A DNA stretch of 45,457 nt, counting the filler, from Streblomastix strix (Eukaryota), in NCBI GenBank assembly GCA_008636045.1. It is 2 parts of 2 records of this genome, joined end to end, with 100 filler letters (N's around TTAATTAATTAA, not from the genome) between each part and the next. Parts side by side here need not be neighbours in the genome. Positions count along the whole stretch, not along the records: positions 1 to 22,691 come from SNRW01000313.1; positions 22,792 to 45,457 come from SNRW01000314.1. One strand, written 5' to 3'. The notes below the pieces were generated by a model. That model did no database searches. It worked only from the letters and a program-made list of their open reading frames with translations, and was not told the DNA's origin. Positions 15,701 through 26,851 of this stretch are shown one piece after another. The position numbers and the translations under genes are program-made. Every line of letters begins with the position of its first letter. Positions within the stretch are counted from its first letter, which is position 1.

Positions 15701-18700
15701 TTATCCTATATATTAATTATTTAATTGCTAAATTATATCTTGTTTTAATCCAGGAGTTGGAGGTGCTGATGCTCCTATTGTAATTACTTCACTATTTGCT
15801 TAGTCACCAGTATATACACTTGAAACTTCACTCTTTATATTAATTCCTATCTCATTTTCAGCATTTTTTATATCTAATGGTGATTAAGCTGGAGCAACAT
15901 GAATAGGAACACCTTATTACTGTCCATTTTCAAGGATTTACCACATTCGACTTCCCTATAGAATAGATTCTCCCAAAGATGCAAGCTCTGGTGCAGTTGG
16001 AAATGGGATGGCAATTGTTGCATGATAATTAGTTGAATTTACAGCTTGTGGCATAGAAAAGAACATCTCATCTTTAACAATAAAAAATCTGGGGTTTTAT
16101 GCCAAAATATGTCTGAGATAAAGATTCTGATCATAAACTTAATCTCTGTTCGAAGATTCAATCAGAGCGGCGAATGTTGCACCCATTTTACTGGTGCCAT
16201 TTTCATTAGTATTATCTTAATCAGAATTCATATCTTCAACTCGTCTATCATCCATGATATGAAATACAAAGCTATGCATTGGACATCGTGAGACAGCTTG
16301 ATTAGATCCAATTAGTAGAAAAATATTTGAATATTCAAAAATATGTTTATAATTATTACTTTACGCTTGAACGTATTGAATGAATGGTAAGTGGAATGGA
16401 ATTTTGCAGAAATTGGATACATGAGAAGATTTTGGATATGCTATTTCTGTTATTTATGGCATTGAAAGTGCAATAGAGTTGGATAAAGATATTCCATCTA
16501 AAATTAGATCCTCTAGCATTACAATAGGCCTATGTTCATATACTAACAGACTTATTGGGTATGACATTTTTAACAATGGGAGAAATTATGTTATAATTTT
16601 TGGTAGATTATTTTAAAGGGGTAAAAATCCAAACACTGTGTTTTCTGGTTATAAACGTGTTACATGCACCATCTTCTTCTCCTTTGAATCAATGAAATAG
16701 TCAAAAACACTTCCTGTTTTCCCAAACTCAATACTTTCCCCAAAAGTTTCCCTAAACCATCGATCAAATGAATGTCTAAGTGACTGGTCTTCATCTTCAT
16801 TTGATGAAGTCTATCCACGTTTCTTTTATTTTCTAACATCTTTTACATTCTCCTCACCATATGCTCCGGATTATTCATTATAATTTGACTATATTTATTC
16901 AGTTGCAATTTTGTCTAATTGGCTTAAAAGAGTTCGATCATTGAAGAAACCTTCTCCTTCAATCCCTTATCTTAATTATTATTAAAGATCAAGATCTAAC
17001 ATTCCTGAATTATTATTGGATTAAATTAATTATAAACTAGATTCTGTTTATTCTCCTGAAGCTCCATGAATAAAAGCGCTTTTAGAAGATTCATTACCAG
17101 TGTTATATTCAATTCCTTCTGAAAATCCTTTTCCTGAATAAATTCTCCCCATTCCAATATTAAGTATTCTTTAATGATCTCTTCGCCATTTGTTATACCA
17201 GCGTGTGTAATCATGAAGCGTTGGTGCTTCTGCTTTCAAATGACCAGCTGTTCCCCAAATCACAGAATAATAAATATACATCTGCAGAAGTTTCATGTCA
17301 AGTTTTGTTTGTATATTCCTATTGTGTAGTTTAATTAATGCAGATAATAATTTCTTTGTGGTTTGAATCAACCCACAGACTGGAATACGAACAGCCTTTG
17401 CAGCTGCAACAGAAATTGCTGATCCACAAACTGCTGATGCGGCTGCAGATGAAGATGCAGAATGATCACATGTACATTAATCAACATTCAGAAACCGAAG
17501 ACATGACATAATGGATGTTCGCAGAAGTAGAACACTCGCATCAAGCAATTCCACGTCTTCAATTTCTTCAACCATTGATCGACCCCAAGACTCGACATGC
17601 CAATTAATTAATGCCATCGCTGGGAAGTTTACACTTACTATAGGATCGTGTTGTGCTAAAGAAGGAGCAAGTGCTAACAATGATGTTCTATTTTCAATAA
17701 TGATTCTTGAATTCTTTGGTAAAATCAACTTTTTAATATTGCTGTAGTTCAATTCAATCATTGTACCATCAATTCGAACAGTAGCTGAGAAGTATTTTTG
17801 CATAATTGTATCAAATGATGAAATACGTTTTCCATCTTAAATTTGAAGAATAATCCAGATCGGCGGTGTTTCTTCAACTTCTTCAGCAAAAATTGCTCTT
17901 CTTTCTATCTAATGATTGCCATTTTATTCTTTATCATTTCCTTTTTAATATTTATTTTAATTCTTCCTATTATTGTATTTATATATATGCCCTTTTTTCT
18001 TCTAAACTTTCATGTGAAATTGTCTGTTTTAAATTAAATTCTCAAACAATTCTGCTCTCATTTACTCTCTCGGAGAATAAAAATTCACTTCTTCTGATCC
18101 ATCAGCTTATGTTGCCAGTATATCATTTTAACGAATTCGCCTTGTTATATCAGCAAGGAAAGGAAACAGCGTTTATGTGTACAATTTCTACTTATTATCA
18201 ACAATATAAAGCTGACGAAGCACATTCAGAAGCGTAGATTTTCCAGATCCTGATGGCCCATTTACAACAACGAACCAATCCCTTTGCATAACCACATACA
18301 ATTCCCACAGCTTCTCCATAAACGCGCTGTCATCAACCAGATTCATCTTCTGAAGAAGAGGACGAACTCTCTCACAAAATTTCTCATATTAAATTCCTTC
18401 CCCTTAAACACTACCTCCCATTGATGTTACAGAAGTTATTGCAATAATTTCTTTTCCTGAATTTTATGAAGATATTCCTCCACTCGCTCTCATTTAGGAT
18501 TATAATCTATTCAAATATTGAACTAATCCTGAATTTCTAACTTTTTCTGTTTCTTCGATACCTTCTATTTCCAAATCTTCTATTTCATTCTCCTATTTTC
18601 CAGTAACATCCTCTTTCTTTTTTGATTCGTTGGAATCTTCAGATTTCTACGAGTCTGTGTCTCCTTTATTCTTTTCATTCATTTTCTTCTTTTCTAATTC

Positions 18701-21700
18701 CTATTTGCTTTCTGATAAATGCTTTGCAAGTGCCTATTAAGCTTCAGCAGCTGCTTCTGATATATGAATGTCTGAGTCTGTTTGCATTGCAATTATTTAT
18801 TCTGGGAAAGTTATTTCTAGTAATTAGTACAGTGAATGTAGAAGAGGAGGCAAAGGAGGTTTAGCTTCATCAGTAAGAGGGTTAGATGTGTGTGTGGATG
18901 AGAGAACACCCATTGGTACTATCGATTCATAAATAGCAAGAGTCGCTCTCCAAAGCGCTGCTTTAATTGCTTATTCCTCAATATTCATGCACATATGAAC
19001 AGTTTCTGGATTCTTGTGAGAAATAAAAGGAAAATGCAGCATTCGAATCCTATCCAATTCCTGTGATAGAATTTAAAAAACCATAATTTGATTAATTTCT
19101 ATATTTTACATCATTTAATAATTCTTATTACTTCTTCCTCCATGACTCCTCTGGCTGTTATAACTCTTTCTTTCCCATTATTCCATCCTCTCTTCCATCT
19201 CTTATTTCAACTTCCATATTATTCTTCTCTATTTTGATCTCATTGAATGAATTATTTATCTTAAGTAGCACCCAGCACTATCTGCTATATTTAATAGGAA
19301 ATCAAAACCAAGCAATTTGGCTTTTAATTATGCATTGGTCTCTTTGAATTCATAACATAATAAATCAGTTATTCCAAGCATATATTAAGAAGCTTTTTGC
19401 TTATGATGAACTGAATATACAAATCCTTATGAAGCAAAAAGAGGCCCCAAAATTTCAACTGTAGTGAATTATGGAAGTGTAACAATTCTGAATACTGTGT
19501 CAAGTCTGTCTGGAATCCTTGCATCAACCACACTGTCAGTCTTATATATCGCACATACAATCCAATCCTGAATTGGAAGAGTAACTCGTGTTTATAGACC
19601 TTCCATATTTAGCATTACAAATCCTTCTTATGAGCCAATATGCTCATTTTTCCATTTAATTAAATCTTTCAAGAAATCAGTCAAACTTCTTCTTGCTATT
19701 GGTGGTAATACCTCAACTCCATCAAATAATATCCAGTGAGAATCCATCAATGAAGCTACAATGAATCTTTTAAAGAAGTTCATATCATCTCTTGGAGTGC
19801 ATTAATATATGTATAGATTGTGTCCAAGCACATGACAGAAGTCTTCGAATATGTTAATGGCAGCTCTGTGCATCTCATCATTAACTATTAGAATGGGACC
19901 ACATATTCTGGCAGATGCAACATTAGCATCAATTAAACTCATCATGAGAATATTTCTTACTTTGCAGAATGTTACTGTTGATGGATATCCATTAAGCATC
20001 TTTGTTGATGGTGTCCATTCTAATCCATAATAAAATTTCTTCTTCATATCTCCTTAGTCTAAGGATATATCTGATGTCTATACTTCTATTTCCACATTGA
20101 ACAATCTTTTCATATTGATGAGTTCTAATTATCCAGTACCATCATCATCATATTGACGATCATTTTCTTTTTTATTTACTCCTGCAGTTGAATGATTAAA
20201 TATAAATTATCCAGAAAAACTTTGATGAATTAATCTTTCTGAAACTTTGACCTATCCTTTTAGTGATTATATTCTTTGTGTTGTCAATCGTAATGTTTCG
20301 CTATCAACAAATCGCATATGATGAATTCGCTATTTGAATTATCCCATTTCAGTGTAATACATTACTAAATTGGTGAAAGCATGAATCATCTCGTAGAATA
20401 AATATATTAACTATCTTACAAGTCCCCTGAACATCTATGCACATGATAGTGATCCAGCTTCATCAACATTTGTATCTTCTCTTCCATGCATATCAACATC
20501 CTCTTCTTCTTCTTCTCTTTATCTTTCTCTCTCATATTCAGCCATTTCAGCCATTTCTTTTCTTCTACTCTTCTCACTGTCTGATTCTTCACTTCCTGAA
20601 CTAGATTAATCATTCTCATCAGTTGGCTATGAATAACCTTTCATTTATATTCTCTTATTCTCTTCATCTGCTCTTTCTTCTTCTTATTATACTAATACTT
20701 CTTCAATCTCTTATTCAACATAGTCTATTTCTCCTTCAAGTCTTTTTTGTCTCAGTCTTCCCCGTTTCAAATATTTCTTAACTATATTTATCTACTCCAA
20801 CTGAATCTTCTTTTTTCGGTCTTTTTCTTCTAATAATTAACGTCTGCTGATATCTTTTGTTCCACTTTGCTATTTAACTAATTATATTTACTAATTTATC
20901 TGATTTGTGCTATTTTTCTCAAATTTCAACTTTCCTTATGATTATAAATTGTCAATTTTCAATTCATATTATTCTTCGTCATCCAACTAAGCCAGTTCAT
21001 CATCTAACAGAGCAATCTCTCTCTCAATTTCCTCAATATCATCTTATATACCAGGTATTCCAACAGAAGAAGTCCCTCCTAAAATGTTACTCTATCCAAT
21101 TTCTTCAAGGTCCTCATCTCCTTCATCTTATCCATTCTCTACATCTAAGTACCACAATTATTAACTCTGAATTGTCAATGCTCCAAATCTACTCCTGATG
21201 TTCCCACTTCCAGAAACTGTTGATCCACCTCCTCCTCCTCGAACTAAATCTCTACCTGCCCATGTCTGGTCCCAAAACTCTCCTCCACCTGAAATACTCA
21301 GATCTTCTTCTCCAAATTTGCCTTTACTCTGCATTCTTAATGTCCCAGTTTCTGGTTGTGTGTTCGTTTTTATCGCGTTATTTATAGTGGCAACTGCAGA
21401 AAAATCTTACGTTACCAGAGAAGTTGTATCATTTTCAACTACGTTACTCCTTGACGTCAACAACCCTTCTTCAATACGTTTATCATCTTCAACATTAACA
21501 TTCTTTTAATCCATTTTCGATAACTCCCCTAATTTTTTGCCTTGTGCAAAGTCTCTTTGTTATGAAAAAGCTTCTCTCAATTCTTTAAATATTAATGATT
21601 ACTTCTCAACAAACATATTCACAATTGCATGATCTCTGCCAGCTGGATTCTTAACTCTCATGATGCTTATAAGTAAAGATAAACAAAAGAATAAAACTTG

Positions 21701-22691
21701 ACTTGTATCTTCAATGCTATTACGAAGTTAAATATTCTATTCTTCCTATGAAAATTTTTCCATCTAGTATAATTGTTTAGAAAACCATATCCTTATAACT
21801 AATATAAATACTTGAATTTACATGGGGAAAGTCTCAACTTTGCAAAATTGAAGAAGAATTTAGCCAAACCAATGAAAGAACGAAAAACAATCTTTAATTG
21901 AGCCTTATGCAGTATCTATTTATTCAGCAAGCATCTTTGCACAAGCGATATACACAGCTTCAGGAACAGCCCATATATCATTTCCAATTCCCAAATCTAT
22001 TCCTTCAAGTGTTATTCCGTCTCCACGAACTGCTTCTAACTTTCCAGCCATAAGCTTCCTCTCATCTTATGATAATTTTAGTTCCAATCTTCTTGCTCCA
22101 GGAAGAAACTAATTCAATATTCCTGGACTAATCTCAAACTCTCCTGTTTGTTGATTGAAACAAGATGAAAATTCAATTAGTTCAGTAATTGTAAGCTTCA
22201 AGAATCGTGGTTTGGCAGGAGCTATGTAACGCATCTGAGTTTTCAGAGCTTCACGTCGTAACTCAACATATTCTTTATTGATATTTTGCATCTGTTTTAT
22301 TAATTCTTCTGAACGTATATCATTGAGAGTTCTTAATGATCTAATATCCATACCAACAGATGAACTTAAATCTATAATTCTTTTTGTGCTGGCGTTTCGT
22401 GGAATTATTCCTTATTACATAGAAGATACCGCTTATATGCAATTGACATGTGCATAGTATAACGCTAAAATGAAATTTTTCTATCTTGAGATCTAATAAA
22501 ACATCATCACAATTTCACTTCCTAACTAATCTGTATTCTCTTCAAGACAAAGTTTTTTTATCTCTCCAAGATCTATACCTGTTTCTGCTGCCAATATAAG
22601 TGCTTGCAAAACATCAACTTTGGGAAATGGAATTTATTTTGATTAATTTTTTGTCTTTTTCTTCTTTTTCAAATCAGCCTTCTTTATTTTC
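769..22691 (-). CDS. giant divergent dynein heavy chain-like protein (exons 22691-2876 and 2802-769; N-terminus lost at the gap; about 7,280 aa visible)
   Basis: The dynein-like minus-strand fragments in the ORF track from 3017 to 22351 share one frame and join when TAR=Gln. Dynein landmarks occur in the correct order: PRF linker (KPRFLKLTITELIEF, ~22200), FYYGLEW before AAA1 (~20030), AAA2 MEKLWELYVVMQRDWFVVVNGPSGSGKST (P-loop 18233-18259), LWLWECERMY (~15390), stalk and IGDSILAASFFIF (~12190), AAA6 GGWVILDGLSHA (~5110), LLFILVCIH...PHAFNE (~4700), GEAPTAW (~3090), PGLLYVGRGFFVSIRQELAR (~2700). TGA at 769-771. Not every codon was checked for internal TGA. Confidence 0.85.
2803..2875 (-). other. 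spliceosomal intron (73 nt) in the dynein-like gene
   Basis: Minus strand AAG|GTTTGT...TGTGCTAATAG|GGT with a poly-T interior. It is needed to explain the 1-nt frame shift between upstream and downstream coding sequence. Confidence 0.85.
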
Positions 22692-22791
22692 NNNNNNNNN
22701 NNNNNNNNNNNNNNNNNNNNNNNNNNNNNNNNNNNTTAATTAATTAANNNNNNNNNNNNNNNNNNNNNNNNNNNNNNNNNNNNNNNNNNNN
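22692..22791. other. artificial contig linker (44 N + TTAATTAATTAA + 44 N)
   Basis: Symmetric 100-nt spacer with a six-frame stop palindrome in the centre, typical of pseudomolecule concatenation. Confidence 0.9.
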
Positions 22792-24029
22792 TAACACCTC
22801 GAAACAACGAATGTTGATGTATTATCATAAGCACTGAAATTAAATGAATTATTGAATGATAAGAAAACATAAATATAATGAAAATAAAGATAAAAAAGAA
22901 GCTAAGAAAAAAGAATAAAAATAAACAAAAGATTAAGATGAATAGAATAAAAATAAATGAATAATGAAAAAATGGAAAAAGATAATGTAGTTTGAATAAA
23001 AGAAGATGTGTATGAAAGCAGTATGTTGATTGCATATCACCCAATGTTTTATCCATATAATGCATAATTTCCTTTTAATGAAATAAAATTAATTTATTAA
23101 TAATACAATTTACTTCTATTGAGGTAAAGAAATTGCGTTTTTTATTTTTTTAGTATTTGAATAAGCATTTCGCAAAAAAAATCATATAACATCAACATAT
23201 AACAATACAAGGATTTAATTTCATATTTGTAGAGCTATAAGCGATTTTTTATTTTTCTAACAAATTTTCTATTTAATTACCAATAGTCTCACTTAGAAAA
23301 TTGAGGAGAGTATATATTATATTCAACTATTTCACCTTTGTTGAATGATTACAATCGACTGTTTGAAGCGATTCCTTTTGCCGGTTCCACGAACAATGTA
23401 AACAATGATAATGTCATTTTTAAGATTGCAAAAGAAAGGATTTGCTGTAGATAATTTAACAGCAATTTACTTATACTGAGCTAATACTCGCACTAAACGC
23501 AAAATTACTATATTTTGTCCCCACAAAGCCCGCTGGTAATTGCAGTCGAAGTTCAGCCGACCTTTAGGAATACGTTCCAACGAGACAACGAAGTAAATAT
23601 AGTAGATCCATGTTCTAAATCTTCGAAACCCACTATCAATGAATCAATTTAAGCTATTTTTCTAGCAAATCAATAAAAATTAATATTTTAGCAAATTTAT
23701 TTTTCAAAAATAATGTTAAGCATAAAAACATATATTGATGAGGATCCAATTTAATGAATACATTCTTCAAAATAACATTTTACACATCATTTTGAGCTCA
23801 AAAGTGAGAATCGGATTAGGAACTATATATATATATTGCAAAAACAAAAAATTTCAAAGATTATTATATCTTTTTTCTATCTCGCTCCAAAGATATTTTG
23901 CGTTATATGACTCTAGCCCCAAAAGTTATTTTTCCTAATATTTGCTTTAATTAATTTATTGATTTGTTCTATTTATTTATTTTATTATTTGTTTTCAAAA
24001 TTAAATTTGATATTTCTGCCACTTTTATA

Positions 24030-25640
24030 CAATCATACTTTCATTAATATCTTCAATCTTCTCTAAACTTAATGTTTATTGTTCAGAACAAGCATCATAA
24101 ATGATTCGAAATAACGCATCTCAAAAGAAATATACTATAGGTGTTAAAGCAGTTTGCCATACCATTGTATAGCTTTATATACCTGGAAAACCAAGTAAAT
24201 CATTTTAACTCTCAGGATTTGCTGTATCATCGTTAATTTTAGTGTTATCAATTGTACTTTCATTTAATGAACCACTTCAAAAAACTCATATATTTGTTCT
24301 TTTAAAAATTTTTATACTGTTATATCTCCTCATGAACTGGTAATCAGTTGCAAATTTCCAAGCCATCATAAATTTATTCATATAAATCGTTATTGTTGCT
24401 TTTGAAACATTACATAAAATATTTGATAATAAAATATGTCATCGACTTAATCTATTAATATATCACTTCTTCCATAACATGTATCTATTTCATTTAAATT
24501 CAAATTTTCAAACTTTTGCGAAAATTATTAATTAAATATTGGTGATTTCAAATCTAAACAGACAAAATTATAAAAATTTTATTGTTTAATGGTTGAAATA
24601 AGTGCAAATTATGGTTTTGAAACCGCATATCCTTAAAATATAATTTAATCGATATTATTTGGCTGCAATGAGAAAAACCAAGTATTATATTAAGGTAAAT
24701 CAAAAGATACGAAAATATTTTTATAATATTGAGCGACATAATACATTATTAATTTCCAATATTAGGACAAAAACTTAATGTAGGGAAATTTGAAAATTAA
24801 CCTTTAATACCATAAGGGGAAAAATTGATTAATTTTTATGCTCGAATCTTATCAATAATTACAGCCTCGTTTTCCATACTAAAACATATATTATTTATAT
24901 TCAGTTTTTCAAAGAAAGTATTATCTAGTTATTGAATTTTTTTAGTCCTTTTGCATCAATTTACAAATCTTTAAAATTAATAATTCTCACTGAATATATT
25001 TCATATTTATCGTCATCCATCAAAAGTGTAATTATATCTAGTTTCTCAGGTGGAATAATTGCATAAGCTAAACGTTACTCTAATGTACAACCTGATTTCT
25101 TTTAACGTGCAATTTTCATAATTTATTAAAAATCAGTAATCCATAGTTAAAGTTATAATGAGAAATAATTTCAAGTTAATACTGGAAACTCGTTAAATAA
25201 AAGATTTAGTACTCTTAATTAAAATATTCTGCAAAATCTAATATCAAATAAAAAAAATAAAAATAATCTTCAAAATATGCATCTAACAATACGGTAAGAA
25301 TTTAAATAATTATATCAAACAATACGTAACTCTTTAAAAAAATTATCTAACGGACTAAATATTATATTTTTATTAATTATTAAATAGTTCAATGAATTTG
25401 AAGCTATGACTGCAGATTCTCATGCAAATGTTGATGTTATTCATAGTTTAATTGTATCTCCATACATATAAATTTAATTGCATGGTCCGCATGCACTTAA
25501 TTATCTTAGCTAAAATTTATGTGAATCACTTTCTTCATAATGTTAAATTATTAATTATATATCATTTGTTTAAGTCTTAATTGACGTATCTAATCCACTG
25601 AAGTTAGTTTCTGCTCTAATTCATTTCATATCTTTTTTTA
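24030..25640 (-). pseudogene. degenerate second copy of the putative major capsid protein
   Basis: Fragments ACGPCNQIYMYGDTIKL*ITSTFA*ESAVIASNSL, LAYAIIPPEKLDII and NKFMMAWKFATDYQFMRRYNS match segments of the 32406-34356 gene (ACGPFQQIAICNDNTKLWETSICAREQAAIAANSL, LAYQMILLEKPDII, HKFMLAWKMATDDSFIWGY). Multiple frameshifts. Confidence 0.75.
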
Positions 25641-25689
25641 TAACATTTTTTTCAAAGATAGCAGCATCATATTCATCATTATTTTCTTG

Positions 25690-26724
25690 CAAGGCTTGAT
25701 CGACAGAAAAGACTACAGTATAATCCGGTTAATTCGCACACCGGTTAATTCGCACCATATGTATAATTCGCACTATTATATTATTTGAGGAAATATCACT
25801 GTTTCTCTATTAATTTCTTATAGATAATTCGCACAAAAATTTTATAATTCGCACTTAAAACATAACAAATTTAGAAAAATAATTTTTGTTTCTTAAATAA
25901 ATTATGAAAAATTTTAATATTTAATGTAAATATTTAAAATTTATTATTATAAATTATTGTTTATACAATATCATACATAAAATTTTCAAAAATTCAAAGA
26001 TTTTTTTAGTTTTAAAAAAAAAATCGAAAAAAATGTTATTTTTTTTGAAATTTAAAAAAAATTCTTTGATTTTTTTACTTATAAAAGTGCGAATTAACTT
26101 AATTCGCACTCGCATTTTTTTCGCCAATACTAGTGCGAATTAGCCGGATTTTACTGTATATCTATTTCCCAATTTCTTAACTTTGGAAAGAAATAAGGAC
26201 GTTGTAGTCTTTATAATGGATTTAACTTATAAGCGTTCAAGGGTAATTAAAAATTTTTAGAATATTTTTATTTGTTGAATTTTTATACAATTTTTATTTT
26301 GTTTTGAAGGAATAATAGGACATATTTTCCACATCACCACCTTTAACGGATAACTAGCTGGATGATTGACAGAATGATTGGCTGGATGATTGAATATCTT
26401 TATCTAATTGTTTATTTTTTTATATATTCTTTTATTTTGCAGGTTCATATTACGATTAAACTGAAACATAATAATAATACCAATCTGCCAATGTTCGTTT
26501 TCAAATAATTATTTCATCTGCTTTCTTTGCTATAACATCGACGTATTTATTTTTTGAAATTTTAAAGATGTTTTTATAAATTCAGATAGATTTATTCTAT
26601 ATTGAACTCTATGCGCCTTATCATCTATTTCTTATTATACTTCAAATTCATATTCATCTCTTTGATAATCATCACCAGCAAAGTTTAAAAGTAGATCCTT
26701 ATATATATTATTTTCGATTTTCAT
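25690..26724 (-). pseudogene. N-terminal fragment of a second rve-type integrase, interrupted by a MITE
   Basis: LNPLQRLQRPYFFPKLRNWEIDI/VFSVDQ aligns with KPLSKLNRPYYSPHFVS*EIDLVLSME of the 36800-37983 integrase. The rest of the catalytic core is absent. Confidence 0.65.
25716..26156. mobile_element. pogo/Tc1-mariner-type MITE (441 bp, TA target duplication)
   Basis: 24-bp TIRs CAGTATAATCCGGTTAATTCGCAC and reverse complement CAGTAAAATCCGGCTAATTCGCAC (2 mismatches). Flanking TA at 25714-25715 and 26157-26158. Repeated internal TAATTCGCAC motif and a non-coding AT-rich core. Confidence 0.9.
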
Positions 26725-26851
26725 TTTATTTCATTCAAAAAATAAAACAATTTATGTTCAAATAATTAATGAAATCAATTAACAATCAGGTAGATTGGCA
26801 TGTTTGCAGTAGATTTTTATGAAAATTTCTGACCCGGTCCAGTCCATCGAC

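Noticed and set aside
19061..19131. Apparent GT...CAG intron in the dynein-like gene
   Set aside because: The true frame reads straight through (SNKNYQMMQNIEINQIMVFQILSQELD), and removing 71 nt would cause a frameshift.
1370..21509. Plus-strand ORFs in the supplied track (e.g. 3606-3959, 17866-18237, 21198-21509)
   Set aside because: These are antisense shadows of the dynein-like frame, with Leu/Phe/Ile-rich translations and no motifs.
22692..22791. TTAATTAATTAA palindrome, and the idea that the virus cluster truncates the dynein gene
   Set aside because: It is a synthetic linker between contigs, so no physical linkage between the two halves can be inferred.
22792..23950. Possible gene end at 22792-22881 and a GC-richer patch at 23340-23640
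   Set aside because: Only short or stop-interrupted frames without recognisable motifs; cannot be assigned.
25730..25860. TAATTCGCAC repeats as a CRISPR array
   Set aside because: The units are only 10 bp with irregular spacing, lie inside a TIR-bounded MITE in eukaryotic DNA, and have no cas genes nearby.
26355..26395. GCTGGATGATTG short duplication
   Set aside because: A small local tandem duplication in the degraded integrase 2 N-terminus with no evidence of function.
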